Of a stretch of 64,000 nucleotides of DNA, positions 19,086 to 28,129 are shown piece after piece; the stretch's first letter is position 1, and each line of letters begins with the position of its first letter. The notes below the pieces were generated by a model that had not been told where the DNA came from, did not search any database, and saw only the letters and a program-made list of their open reading frames with translations. The DNA is from Armatimonadota bacterium (GTDB taxonomy: Bacteria > Armatimonadota > SYMT01). Where the stretch lies: the NCBI GenBank assembly GCA_046292385.1, contig JBKBRF010000004.1, forward strand, positions 224,001 through 288,000. Direction: 5' to 3'. The translations under genes and the position numbers were made by a program.

Positions 19086-19792
19086 CAGTCGTAGTTCTCC
19101 CATTTGACGTCGCGCCGGCCGAAGCCGCGCTCGTAGAAGAAGTCCCGCAGCGGCCGCACGAACTCTCGCTTGCCGCAGATCATCGGGGTCAGGTCGGCGC
19201 GGTCGCCCAGCCACGCCGGGAGCAGCTCCAGCACCGGTCCCACGCGCCCGGCCCAGCCGGCATCCGGCTCGTCGACCGCCGCGATCAGCTCGAACCACTC
19301 GCACTCCTCGGCGGTGCGGAGTAGCTCGGCGTGGTAGGCCAGGTCTTCCGGGCGCGCCGCGCTGTAGATCAGCGTAACTTTCCGCGGCGGCGGGCTTTGC
19401 CGCAGCTCGAGCAGCATGGCGCGGAACGGGACGATCCCGGTGTAGCGGGCCAGCCAGAGCAGCTCGCCGGGAGCCTCCGGCAGGACGAAGTTGCCGAGCA
19501 CGCCGGCAAACCGGATCTCGTCGCCCGGCGATACCGAAAAGAGGTAGCCGGATCCGAGGCCGTCCGGCACGCGGTCGAGGCAGAGCGTCAGCTCGCCGTC
19601 CGGTGACGGCGGCGCCGCCAGGGAGTAGGCGCGCACCAGCGGCGGGTGCTCGCCCACCGGCAGGTGCAGCGACAGCCACTGCCCGGCCCGGAACGAGAGC
19701 GGCTCTGCCGGCGCGGCGAGCACGATCTCGCGGACGCCGGGAGCGACTTCCCGCACTGCTTTGACGGTGGTGGTGGTGGTAGGCTGCGCCAT
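19085..19792 (-). CDS. FAD/NAD(P)-binding oxidoreductase (ferredoxin reductase-like)
   Basis: Motifs FRAGQW, RAYSLA, GLGSGYL, TGIVPF, MICG and C-terminal ENY. Confidence 0.88.
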   Translation of the reverse strand: MAQPTTTTTVKAVREVAPGVREIVLAAPAEPLSFRAGQWLSLHLPVGEHPPLVRAYSLAAPPSPDGELTLCLDRVPDGLGSGYLFSVSPGDEIRFAGVLGNFVLPEAPGELLWLARYTGIVPFRAMLLELRQSPPPRKVTLIYSAARPEDLAYHAELLRTAEECEWFELIAAVDEPDAGWAGRVGPVLELLPAWLGDRADLTPMICGKREFVRPLRDFFYERGFGRRDVKWENYD

Positions 19793-19803
19793 CGGCAGTC
19801 TCC

Positions 19804-20739
19804 TTACGCTTTCTCACGGGTAGGCGAGCGGTTCACCATGAAGAGCCCGAACAGGATCGCCGCGCCGCCGCCGAGCAGGCCGCCGGTGAGCGCCTCCCCC
19901 AGCAGCAGGTAGCTGAAGATCGCTCCGAAGACCGGCGTCAGGAAGAAGCCGACGCTCAGCCGGCTCGGGCTGAAGTACTTCAGCAGCGCGGTCCAGCCGA
20001 TGAAGCAGAGCCCCGCGACGATCACTCCCTGGTAGACGATCGACGTGAGCACCAGCCCGGTCCACCGCGAGCCGGGCTCTCCGGCCATCAGGCTGGCGGC
20101 GAAGAACGCCGGCACTCCGATAATCATCTGCCAGACCAGCACCTTATAGGGATGCGCGTCCTGCACGAGCCGGCTGGTGTAGACCGCCTTTCCCGCCAGC
20201 AGCACCGCACTGGCGAAGATCAGCAGGTCTCCCACGATGCCGCCGCCCGACCGGAACGCGCTCTCTCCCAGGATGAAGAGCACCCCGATGAACGCCGCCA
20301 GCGTGCCGGCGCTCTTCTGCCAGGTGAGGCGGTCGCCCGGCACGAAGAGGTGCGCCAGCAGCGGCACGAACAGCGGGTAGCTGTTGATCAGCAGCGCCTG
20401 CCGTGCCGCCGTGGTGCGGGCGGAGCCGGCGTTCAACAGGCAGATCTGCACCAGGAACAGTACCCCCATCCAGACCAGCGGCGCCCACTCACCTTTGCGA
20501 GGCCAGAGGCGCACCCGCTGCACGCTCGCCACCGCGGCGATCACCACCGCCCCGATCAGGAACCGGTACCCCGCCGCCGCGAACGGCGGGATGAAGTCCA
20601 GACTGAACCGCAGTGCCGGCGCGTTCCCGCCCCAACCCGCGGCCAGGAGCACCACCTGGAACACCGCCGCCCACGTAAGCGGCGTATCCGCGCTCGGCTC
20701 GCTCTCTTCCTCCCCGCGCTCCCTGATCTCAGTCGCCAT
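19804..20739 (-). CDS. EamA/DMT family transporter
   Basis: 10 TM segments with EamA motifs (PPFAAAGYRF, PLFVPLLAH, PVFGAIFSYLLLGE); start ATG 20739. Confidence 0.88.
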   Translation of the reverse strand: MATEIRERGEEESEPSADTPLTWAAVFQVVLLAAGWGGNAPALRFSLDFIPPFAAAGYRFLIGAVVIAAVASVQRVRLWPRKGEWAPLVWMGVLFLVQICLLNAGSARTTAARQALLINSYPLFVPLLAHLFVPGDRLTWQKSAGTLAAFIGVLFILGESAFRSGGGIVGDLLIFASAVLLAGKAVYTSRLVQDAHPYKVLVWQMIIGVPAFFAASLMAGEPGSRWTGLVLTSIVYQGVIVAGLCFIGWTALLKYFSPSRLSVGFFLTPVFGAIFSYLLLGEALTGGLLGGGAAILFGLFMVNRSPTREKA

Positions 20740-20801
20740 CTTGCCCCTGCTCGACGATCCCCGCCGGCAGTCTCTATACCCTGGACCCGAAACCCTAGAC
20801 C

Positions 20802-21224
20802 CTAATGCGGCGTTTCCTTCACCACGTTCCGGTTCCAGGCCGGCACCTCGATCACGACGTCGGAGGTTCCGTTCGGGATGCACTGGCACGCGAGGCGGGA
20901 CTGGATCGTCAGGCCGGGGGCCTCCTCCAGCTGGTCCAGCTCGTCGTCGGTCTCCTCGTTGCAGGAAGTGAGCCCTTCCTTGACGATGATGTGACAGGTA
21001 GAGCAAGCGCAAACGCCGCCGCAGGTGTGCTCGATCTCGATGTCGTTCCCGAGCGCGATGTCGAGAATGCTGCCCGGCCGGCCGGTCCGCTGGTAGGGGA
21101 TCTGCTCCGGGTCGACCTCCACCTCGCGCACCTCGTTCGTCTCCTGGATGCGGTAGGTGATCTTGTACTTCTGCTTCGGCAGGTCGGCTGCGGCCTGCTT
21201 GATGTAAGGATTGGTTCCGGCCAT
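20802..21224 (-). CDS. fdx: ISC-type [2Fe-2S] ferredoxin
   Basis: Motifs EHTCGGVCACSTCH and SRLACQ; located in the isc operon. Confidence 0.93.
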   Translation of the reverse strand: MAGTNPYIKQAAADLPKQKYKITYRIQETNEVREVEVDPEQIPYQRTGRPGSILDIALGNDIEIEHTCGGVCACSTCHIIVKEGLTSCNEETDDELDQLEEAPGLTIQSRLACQCIPNGTSDVVIEVPAWNRNVVKETPH

Positions 21225-21226
21225 CG

Positions 21227-23155
21227 CTATCTTACTCCCTCGCCGGCGGAGGGGCGGCGCAGATCGCTCGCGGCACCCTCGACCGTCTTTCCTTCCAGCG
21301 CGGCCTGCACCGCGCGATCCATCACGAGCGCGGCGAGCTTCCGCGTCGCCAGGTCGAGCTCTTCGATCCGCTGGCGGATGAGCTGGTGGTCTTCGTCGCC
21401 CGCCACCTCCCGGAGCGCGTCGAGCGCCGTGCGCACGTTCTGCAGTTCTCGCGCGTCCATGCTACCTTCCGCCACGAACTGCTCCCCGAGCGGGAGCTGC
21501 TTCTCGGTGGCGAGGATGACCTGGCTCGCCTCCACCCGCGCCTCCGTGATCTGGCGGAGGCGGAGATCGCTCTCGGCGTGCTCGAACGAGTCGATGATCA
21601 TCTGCTCGACTTCGTCATCGGTCAGCCCGTAGGAGGGCCTCACTTCGATCCGGGCCTCGGCCTCGCTGCGGTGCTCGTAGGCGGAGACGGCCAGGATGCC
21701 GTTCTCGTCGACCATAAAGGTCACTTCGAGCCGCGGCCAGCCGGCCGGCATCGGCGGGATGTGGATCTGCAGGTCCGCGAGCGACCGGTTGTCCGCCGCC
21801 ATCTCACGCTCGCCCTGCACCACGTGGATCTTGAACGCGGTCTGCCCCTCCACGCCGGTGGTGAAAACCTGCCGCGCGCTGGTGGGGACGGTGCTGTTGC
21901 GCGGGATCAGCTTCTCCACGGCGCCGCCGTAAGTCTCGATGCCGAGGGAGAGCGGGATCACGTCGAGGAGCAGCAGACCCTCCACGTCGCCGGCCAGGAT
22001 TCCGGCCTGAACGGCGGCTCCGAGGGCCACCACCTGCTCCGGATCGAGCTCCGTATGCGGGCGCGTCCCGAAGATCGCCTCCACCAGCCGCCGTACGTAG
22101 GGGACGCGCGTGCTGCCGCCGACCAGCACCACTTCGTCGATCTCCGCCCCCGTGAGCCCGGCGTCTTCCAGCGCCTGCTCGCACCGGATGCGGGTCCGCT
22201 CCGCCACCGGCGCGATGATCCGCTCCAGCTCGGTCCGGGTCAGCTCGCGGGTAAAGGCGCCGGCGCCGACCGGAATCGCGATCGTCGTCGTTTCGGCGTC
22301 GGTCAGCGCCTTCTTGGCGTCCTCCGCCGCGATCCGGACCCGCTCCCGCAGCGACGGGTCCTGCCCATTCACCTCCGGGAACTGCGCGAGCAGCTCCGGC
22401 AGAATCGCCTGGTCGCCGAGGACGCGGTCGAAGTCGTCACCCCCCAGGTGCGTGTCGCCGTTGGTCGACTGGACCTCGAAGACGCCGTCCCGCAGCTTCA
22501 GGATCGAGATGTCGAAGGTGCCGCCGCCCAGGTCGTAGACCGCGACGGTGCCCTCTTTCTTCCGGTCGAGCCCGTAGGCGAGGCAGGCGGCGGTCGGCTC
22601 GTTGACGATCCGCAGCACCTCCAGCCCGGCGATGCGGCCGGCGTCGCGAGTCGCCTGGCGCTGGCTGTCGTTGAAGTAGGCGGGGACGGTGATCACCGCC
22701 TGCTCCACCGGCTCGCCCAGGTACTCCTCCGCCCGCCGCTTCAGCTCCCGCAGGACCTGCGCCGAGATCTCCGGCGGGGTGTAAAGGCGGTCGCCGACCT
22801 TGATCCGCACCACTTCCCGGTGCTCGTCCGAGATCTCGTACGGCAGCCGGGAGCGCTCCTCGGCCACGTCCTCCAGCCCGCGGCCCATCAGGCGCTTCAC
22901 GGAGTAGATCGTCCGCGTCGGCGCGTCGTAGAGGTGGTGGCGCGCGTCGTCTCCGACCAGCGCCGAGCCGTCGGCGGTGAAATGGACCACCGACGGCAGG
23001 ACCGGGTCGCCGTCCGGACCCGGAATCACCACCGGCTTGCCGTCCTGCATGCAGGCGACGAGGCTGTTCGTGGTCCCCAGGTCGATCCCCACGATGCGGG
23101 GCTCCCGGTGCCGGTGCGCCCCCGCCAGGGGCAGCGGTATCTTCGATGTGCTCAT
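21227..23155 (-). CDS. hscA: Fe-S assembly Hsp70 chaperone HscA
   Basis: Motifs [17 protein letters not shown] and DLGGGTFD; lies between hscB and fdx; start taken at MSTSK. Confidence 0.9.
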   Translation of the reverse strand: MSTSKIPLPLAGAHRHREPRIVGIDLGTTNSLVACMQDGKPVVIPGPDGDPVLPSVVHFTADGSALVGDDARHHLYDAPTRTIYSVKRLMGRGLEDVAEERSRLPYEISDEHREVVRIKVGDRLYTPPEISAQVLRELKRRAEEYLGEPVEQAVITVPAYFNDSQRQATRDAGRIAGLEVLRIVNEPTAACLAYGLDRKKEGTVAVYDLGGGTFDISILKLRDGVFEVQSTNGDTHLGGDDFDRVLGDQAILPELLAQFPEVNGQDPSLRERVRIAAEDAKKALTDAETTTIAIPVGAGAFTRELTRTELERIIAPVAERTRIRCEQALEDAGLTGAEIDEVVLVGGSTRVPYVRRLVEAIFGTRPHTELDPEQVVALGAAVQAGILAGDVEGLLLLDVIPLSLGIETYGGAVEKLIPRNSTVPTSARQVFTTGVEGQTAFKIHVVQGEREMAADNRSLADLQIHIPPMPAGWPRLEVTFMVDENGILAVSAYEHRSEAEARIEVRPSYGLTDDEVEQMIIDSFEHAESDLRLRQITEARVEASQVILATEKQLPLGEQFVAEGSMDARELQNVRTALDALREVAGDEDHQLIRQRIEELDLATRKLAALVMDRAVQAALEGKTVEGAASDLRRPSAGEGVR

Positions 23156-23251
23156 AATCTTTGTTTGCAGGCTGGACCGGCTGCACCCCGCACGTCGGCA
23201 GCCCCGGTCATCCACAACCGTTCCCGGCGTACTGAATGCCCCCCCGCCGAA

Positions 23252-23407
23252 GTCATCCTGAACGAAGTGAAGGATCTACGTAACTGAGCCTGTTCCGAAG
23301 CGTCGAGCCGTCCGGCCGGGCGGACCCTGCCAGCGGAGCCCTCGTCACCCCCCTGCGTTTCCCGTCCCAACACGGCTGCCGAGATCCTTCACTTCGTTCA
23401 GGATGAC
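23252..23407. repeat. MITE/REP-like element with perfect 26-bp terminal inverted repeats, copy 2
   Basis: GTCATCCTGAACGAAGTGAAGGATCT / AGATCCTTCACTTCGTTCAGGATGAC; internal blocks are shared with copy 1. Confidence 0.88.
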
Positions 23408-23492
23408 CGCTTTCGCCGGGCATGGTTGTTCTCGGGAGGAGCGCCTGCTTACGATAGCGCTCCCCTGACCCCTGAAACCTGACCTCTGATCC

Positions 23493-24101
23493 CTATCCAG
23501 CTCCCACCGCGGCGTTCAGGCTGTTCAACACGCGGCGGAGGTAGGCGCGGTCGGCGAGCACCGTGCGGATCTCGCCGAGCACGCGTGCGCGTTCCGGAGC
23601 GTCGCCCGAGTCGGAGAGCGCGTCCCATCGACGGAACAGCTCGCCGGTGAGGCGCTCCACCCGGCTATCCAGCTCCGCCTGCAGCCGGTCGCGCTTCTCC
23701 CGCAGCGCCGCGGCCAGCGACTCTCGCTCTTCGGGGTCGGCGAAGCGGTGCTCGCCCAGGAGCTCCTGCACCTCCAGGATCTCGTCGAACAGCTCCTGCG
23801 GGGGCGCGTCCTTCGCCGGCTCTCCCGTGCTCTCTTCCAGCGTCAGCAGGTAGGCGGCGCGCTCGAACGGGTCCCGCAGCGTGCGGTAGGCCTGGTTCAC
23901 CTTGGAGGAGCTCTCCAGCGCCCCGATCCGCTCGCGCGCGGTGGCCGCGCGATAGAGGTCTGGATGGTAGCGGCGGGAGAGCTCGTGGTAGACCGGCTCC
24001 AGCGCCTTCGGGTCGAGCGTCAGCTTCCGCGGCAGTCCCAGCACCGCGAAGTAGTCCGCGTCACGCGGCAGCGGCTCGGCTCGAGTCGGCTCGTCAGGCA
24101 T
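23493..24101 (-). CDS. hscB: Fe-S assembly co-chaperone HscB (J-domain)
   Basis: Motifs DYFAVLGL, YHPD and VNQAYRTLRDPFERAAYLL. Confidence 0.93.
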   Translation of the reverse strand: MPDEPTRAEPLPRDADYFAVLGLPRKLTLDPKALEPVYHELSRRYHPDLYRAATARERIGALESSSKVNQAYRTLRDPFERAAYLLTLEESTGEPAKDAPPQELFDEILEVQELLGEHRFADPEERESLAAALREKRDRLQAELDSRVERLTGELFRRWDALSDSGDAPERARVLGEIRTVLADRAYLRRVLNSLNAAVGAG

Positions 24102-24834
24102 CGGTCAATCTCTCACTCCGGCGCTCCACCCGGAAGCCGCACTCCGCGAGCATCCGGGCCGCCGGCACTATCTCGTAGCCGTCGGCGCGCAGCTCCTCGA
24201 TTAGCGCGGGCAGCGCCTCGGCCGTCCCGGAGTGTGCCGCCTGGCCGCCGTGCAGCACGATCACCGCTCCGGGATGCACTTCCGAGAGCACTCGCCGCCG
24301 CAGCTCCTCCGGCGTCAGCGGGTTCCAGTCCCCGGGCACCACGCTCCAGTAGACCGGCGTCAATCCCTCGGCGGCGAGCGCGGCGCGCGCCCCGAGCCCC
24401 ACCGCTCCGAACGGCGGCCGGAAGAGGCGCGGCGAGCCGGGACAGACCCGGGAGAGCAGCGCCTCGGTGCGCGTCAGCTCTCGCCGCGGGGAAGCGCAGG
24501 TCCCATAGCCGAGCGGGAGGTGGCTCCAGGTGTGGTTGCCGACCTCGTGACCTTCCGCATGGATCCGGCGCAGGAGCGTCTCTTCCGCCGCGGCGCGGCG
24601 GCCTTCCACGAAGAACGTGGCGGTCGCGCCCGCCGCGCGCAGCGCCTGGAGCAGCCGCGGGGTGATCTCCGGGTCCGGACCGTCGTCGATTGTCAGGGTC
24701 ACCCAGCGGCGAGAGGGCGGGCCCTCCCACAGGCCGGCCGGGTACCAGCGGCGGCCAAGCTGCGCGAGGGCGCGCGGCACCCCACCGCGGGGCTTCCGTT
24801 CCGCTCGCTCTACCGGCGTCACGATGGCGCGCAT
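24094..24834 (-). CDS. Polysaccharide deacetylase (NodB/CE4)
   Basis: Motifs LTIDDGP, ATFF, GNHTWSH, FRPPFG, DW and IVLH; overlaps the hscB start. Confidence 0.9.
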   Translation of the reverse strand: MRAIVTPVERAERKPRGGVPRALAQLGRRWYPAGLWEGPPSRRWVTLTIDDGPDPEITPRLLQALRAAGATATFFVEGRRAAAEETLLRRIHAEGHEVGNHTWSHLPLGYGTCASPRRELTRTEALLSRVCPGSPRLFRPPFGAVGLGARAALAAEGLTPVYWSVVPGDWNPLTPEELRRRVLSEVHPGAVIVLHGGQAAHSGTAEALPALIEELRADGYEIVPAARMLAECGFRVERRSERLTDA

Positions 24835-24845
24835 CTCCCTGACTC

Positions 24846-24871
24846 AAGACAAAGCCCCCCTTGCGGGGGGC
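24846..24871 (-). terminator. Intrinsic terminator-like hairpin after iscA
   Basis: Minus strand GCCCCCC-GCAA-GGGGGGC followed by TTTGTCTT. Confidence 0.55.
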
Positions 24872-24888
24872 CGTCCTACCCTCTGAAG

Positions 24889-25266
24889 CTAGGCCTGGAA
24901 CGAGACCCCGCACCCGCAGGATCTGGATGCGTTCGGATTCTGAAAGGCGAAGCCTCCCTCGCCGACCATGTGGAGATCGCCGGTGTAGTCGACCGTCGTC
25001 CCCGCCAGCAGCACCAGGCTCTTGCGGTCCACCACCACCTTCAGCCCGTCGAACTCGAAGAGGCGGTCGTACTTGGGGTCGACGTCCCGATCGAACTCGA
25101 TCACGTAGCTGAACCCGGAGCAGCCGCCGCCGCGGACGCCGAGGCGCAGGTAAAGCCCCTCGGGATCGTCCATCCGCGAGAGGAACTCCCGGGCCTTGTC
25201 GATCGCGGCAGGGGTCAGCGTCAGCAGCCCTGCCGGCGACGGTGCAATCTCTAGTGTCGTTGACAT
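24889..25266 (-). CDS. iscA: A-type Fe-S carrier IscA
   Basis: Motifs GVRGGGCSGFSY and FQNPNASRSCGCGVSF. Confidence 0.93.
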   Translation of the reverse strand: MSTTLEIAPSPAGLLTLTPAAIDKAREFLSRMDDPEGLYLRLGVRGGGCSGFSYVIEFDRDVDPKYDRLFEFDGLKVVVDRKSLVLLAGTTVDYTGDLHMVGEGGFAFQNPNASRSCGCGVSFQA

Positions 25267-25296
25267 GGTCTCTCGTATCCGTTTGCCGGCCGGGCG

Positions 25297-25725
25297 CTAC
25301 TCCGCGCCGGCCGTCACCGGCTCCGCGGAGGCGCCGCTCTGATCGCCCTGCTTGTTCTGCAGATCGTGGACCGCCGCCTTGATGGCATCTTCCGCCAGCA
25401 CGGAGCAGTGGATCTTCACCGGCGGCAGCGCAAGCTCCTGAACGATATCGGTGTTCTTGATGTCGAGCGCTTCCTGCAGGGTCTTGCCCTTCATCCACTC
25501 CGTCGCCAGGCTGGACGACGCGATCGCGCTGCCGCACCCGAAGGTCTTGAACTTGGCGTCCTCGATCACCTGGGTGTCCGGGTTCACCTTGATCTGCAGC
25601 TTCATGACGTCGCCGCACTCCGGCGCGCCGACGATCCCGGTGCCCACGTTCGGGTCGGCCTTGTCCAGGCTGCCCACGTTCCGCGGGTTCTCGTAATGCT
25701 CCAGAACCTTATCGCTATAAGGCAT
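25297..25725 (-). CDS. iscU: Fe-S scaffold IscU
   Basis: Motifs HYENPRNVG, GAPECGDVM, FGCGSAIA and LPPVKIHCS. Confidence 0.98.
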   Translation of the reverse strand: MPYSDKVLEHYENPRNVGSLDKADPNVGTGIVGAPECGDVMKLQIKVNPDTQVIEDAKFKTFGCGSAIASSSLATEWMKGKTLQEALDIKNTDIVQELALPPVKIHCSVLAEDAIKAAVHDLQNKQGDQSGASAEPVTAGAE

Positions 25726-25777
25726 GTCCGTTCGCTCCTCGTCAGAAATCTACCCGGTGCCGACCGGGACAACTCTT

Positions 25778-25925
25778 GGGGGTCTAGGGCTTACGGGAGC
25801 GTAGGGCGCCATCCGAGAACGGCTGCTCCTATGCTGCGCCTCTCAAAGCCCAAATCACCGACCGGATTGGGTGAGCCCCATCGGCGGTTCACTACACCCT
25901 GACCCCTAAACCCTAAACCCTTCCC
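25778..25925. repeat. Inverted heptamer-array element between iscS and iscU
   Basis: G-rich arm GGGGGTCTAGGGCTTACGGGAGCGTAGGG; C-rich arm CACCCTGACCCCTAAACCCTAAACCCTTCCC. Confidence 0.55.
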
Positions 25926-27146
25926 CTAATGCGCTTCCCACTGGACCGTCTTCAGGTCCACTCCTTCGCGAGCCAGCTCGTAAAGCGGGCTCATCTCCCG
26001 AAGGCGGGAGACCGTCTCGATCGTCGCCTGGATCGCGAACTCCACTTCCTCTTCCGTGTTGAAGCGGCCGAGGCCGTACCGGATGGAGGAGTGCGCGAGG
26101 TCGTCGCCTACGCCGAGTGCCTTGAGCACGTAGCTCGGCTCCAGGCTGGCGGAGGTGCAGGCGGAGCCGGAGCTGAGGGCAATGTCCTTCATGCCCATCA
26201 TCAGGCTCTCGCCTTCCACGTAGGCGAAGCTCAGGTTCAGGTTCCCGGGCAGCCGCTGCGTGGGATGGCCGTTGAGGTAGGTCTCCTCCAGCTTGCTGGT
26301 GATCGCCTCGCGCATCCGCTCCCGCAGGGCGGTCAGCCGCTTGCCTTCCTCGCCCATCTCCGCGCGCGCGATCTCGCACGCCTTGCCGAAGCCGACGATC
26401 CCCGGCACGTTCAGCGTGCCGCTGCGCATGCCGCGCTCGTGGCCGCCGCCGTCCATCTGCGCCGCCAGCCGGACCCGCGGGTTGCGGCGCCGCACGTAGA
26501 GCGCGCCGACGCCCTTCGGTCCATACAGCTTGTGCGAGGTGATGGAGGCGAGGTCGACGTTCATCGCCTGCACGTCGAACGGCACCTTCCCGAAGCCCTG
26601 CACCGCGTCCGAGTGGAACAGCACGCCGCGCTCCCGGCAGATCCGGCCGATCTCCGCCAGCGGGTTGATCGTGCCGATCTCGTTATTGGCGAACATGACG
26701 GAGCAGAGGATCGTCTTGTCGGTGATCGCCTCCGCCACCGACTCCGGCCGCACCATGCCGGTGTCGTCGACCGGCAGATAGGTGACGCGGAAGCCCCACT
26801 TCTCCAGCCGCTTGGCGGTGTCGAGTATCGCCTTGTGCTCCACGACCGAGGTGATGATGTGATCGCCCTTCTCGCGGTACATCTCCGCCACGCCCTTGAG
26901 CGCGAGGTTATCGCTCTCGGTGGCGCCGCTGGTGAAGATGATCTCCTTCGGGTCGGCGTTCATCACCCCCGCGATCTGCTCGCGAGCCCGGTCTACCGCT
27001 TCCTCCGCGGTCCAGCCGAAGGGATGACTCCGGCTCGCCGCGTTGCCAAAGGTCTCCCGGAAGTACGGGAGCATCGCGTCCAGCACGCGCGGGTCCACCG
27101 GGGTGGTCGCGTGGTTGTCCATGTAGATGGGCAACTGAACTGCCAT
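25926..27146 (-). CDS. iscS: Cysteine desulfurase IscS
   Basis: Motifs [21 protein letters not shown] lysine SHKLYGPKG and catalytic [13 protein letters not shown] upstream of ATG 27146. Confidence 0.97.
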   Translation of the reverse strand: MAVQLPIYMDNHATTPVDPRVLDAMLPYFRETFGNAASRSHPFGWTAEEAVDRAREQIAGVMNADPKEIIFTSGATESDNLALKGVAEMYREKGDHIITSVVEHKAILDTAKRLEKWGFRVTYLPVDDTGMVRPESVAEAITDKTILCSVMFANNEIGTINPLAEIGRICRERGVLFHSDAVQGFGKVPFDVQAMNVDLASITSHKLYGPKGVGALYVRRRNPRVRLAAQMDGGGHERGMRSGTLNVPGIVGFGKACEIARAEMGEEGKRLTALRERMREAITSKLEETYLNGHPTQRLPGNLNLSFAYVEGESLMMGMKDIALSSGSACTSASLEPSYVLKALGVGDDLAHSSIRYGLGRFNTEEEVEFAIQATIETVSRLREMSPLYELAREGVDLKTVQWEAH

Positions 27147-27193
27147 CGAATCCTTGCCTCCCTCCAGCCGTCGGGCCGGAGTCGTTTCCAATC

Positions 27194-27787
27194 CTATCCG
27201 CAGCACTCTCCGTCCCGGCCGGTCGCCCCGGCCGCGGTGAGCGCGTCCTCTCGTATTAGCTGCGCCTCGGCGCACTCCGTCGGCAGCAGCGCCTGGCAGC
27301 TCACGCAGAGCGCCTGGAGCGCGCTGTGGTCCCGCAGGGCCGCCGTCACGAACGACTCGAGTCCCTGGATCAGCGCCTGGCGGTCCGCCGGGGACATCTG
27401 ATCCAGCACCTTCACCAGCCGCTGCGTCCGCTCCCGGCGCACCTGGTGCACCAGCTCCAATCCCGCCGGGGTCACGCGGATCTCGCTCTGGCGGTGGTCG
27501 GACGCTGCTACGCCCCGCGTCACCAGCTCCTTCCGCGCCAGCTTGTCGACCAGCTTCACCGCCGCGACGTGAGAGACCCCCAGCGCCTCGGCGATTGCTC
27601 CCACGCTCGTCTTCTTCCGCTCCGCCACGATGGTGAGCGCCTGGAGCTGCGAGAAGGTGATCTCCAGCTCGTCCAGCTCCCGGAGCAGGCGCACGGTCAT
27701 CGTCTCCGTGACGATGTCACTGAAGAGTCCCGTGAGCTTCTCCGCAAAGCTGTCGCACGTTTCGCGCGTAGGTAGGCTGGCCGACAT
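27194..27787 (-). CDS. MarR-family transcriptional regulator with a C-terminal Cys motif; first gene of the isc operon
   Basis: MarR wHTH motifs [29 protein letters not shown] and [13 protein letters not shown]; tail CVSC-x7-C...CCG. Confidence 0.88.
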   Translation of the reverse strand: MSASLPTRETCDSFAEKLTGLFSDIVTETMTVRLLRELDELEITFSQLQALTIVAERKKTSVGAIAEALGVSHVAAVKLVDKLARKELVTRGVAASDHRQSEIRVTPAGLELVHQVRRERTQRLVKVLDQMSPADRQALIQGLESFVTAALRDHSALQALCVSCQALLPTECAEAQLIREDALTAAGATGRDGECCG

Positions 27788-27789
27788 CT

Positions 27790-27814
27790 TATGTAACCCG
27801 GTTACATATTATCA
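27790..27814 (-). promoter_or_regulatory. Perfect operator palindrome overlapping a putative extended -10 of the marR-isc operon
   Basis: TATGTAACC-C-GGTTACATA (27790-27808) lies 2 nt upstream of the ATG; minus-strand TGA-TAATAT overlaps it. Confidence 0.7.
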
Positions 27815-27825
27815 CCGACACCGGG

Positions 27826-28129
27826 AAAGGCAAAAGGCTGAAGGCAAAAGGCCGAGAGTGAAGGCAAAAGGTTCACCCCCCGAACGGGGGGCAAAAGGCT
27901 GAAGGCTAAAGCCGAACCCTTCGAGCTCGGCTGCTCCTACTGCTGACAGGGATGTCAGCGCTTCGGGAAGCGTGCCGACCCGGCGGGGCGGAATTTGGAG
28001 TGCGGTAGCTTGCTACCGCTTTGAGGAGCGTGGCGCCCTGGCGCATTCCCGTGGGCGAACGGGAGCTCTCGTAGGGATGGCGGTGTGAAGGCGGGACAGG
28101 CTGGGCAGGCGGGACAGGCTGGGCAGGCG
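27826..28129. repeat. Composite repeat-rich spacer
   Basis: AAGGC(A/T)(A/G) heptamer arrays plus CCGAACCCTTCG; hairpins GCTGACA-GGGA-TGTCAGC (27942-59) and GCGGTAGC-TT-GCTACCGC (28002-19); 18-bp tandem AGGCGGGACAGGCTGGGC x2 (28089-28124). Confidence 0.65.

Noticed and set aside
21227..23155. Calling the Hsp70 gene dnaK
   Set aside because: Position between hscB and fdx in an isc operon, and the absence of grpE/dnaJ, indicate hscA.
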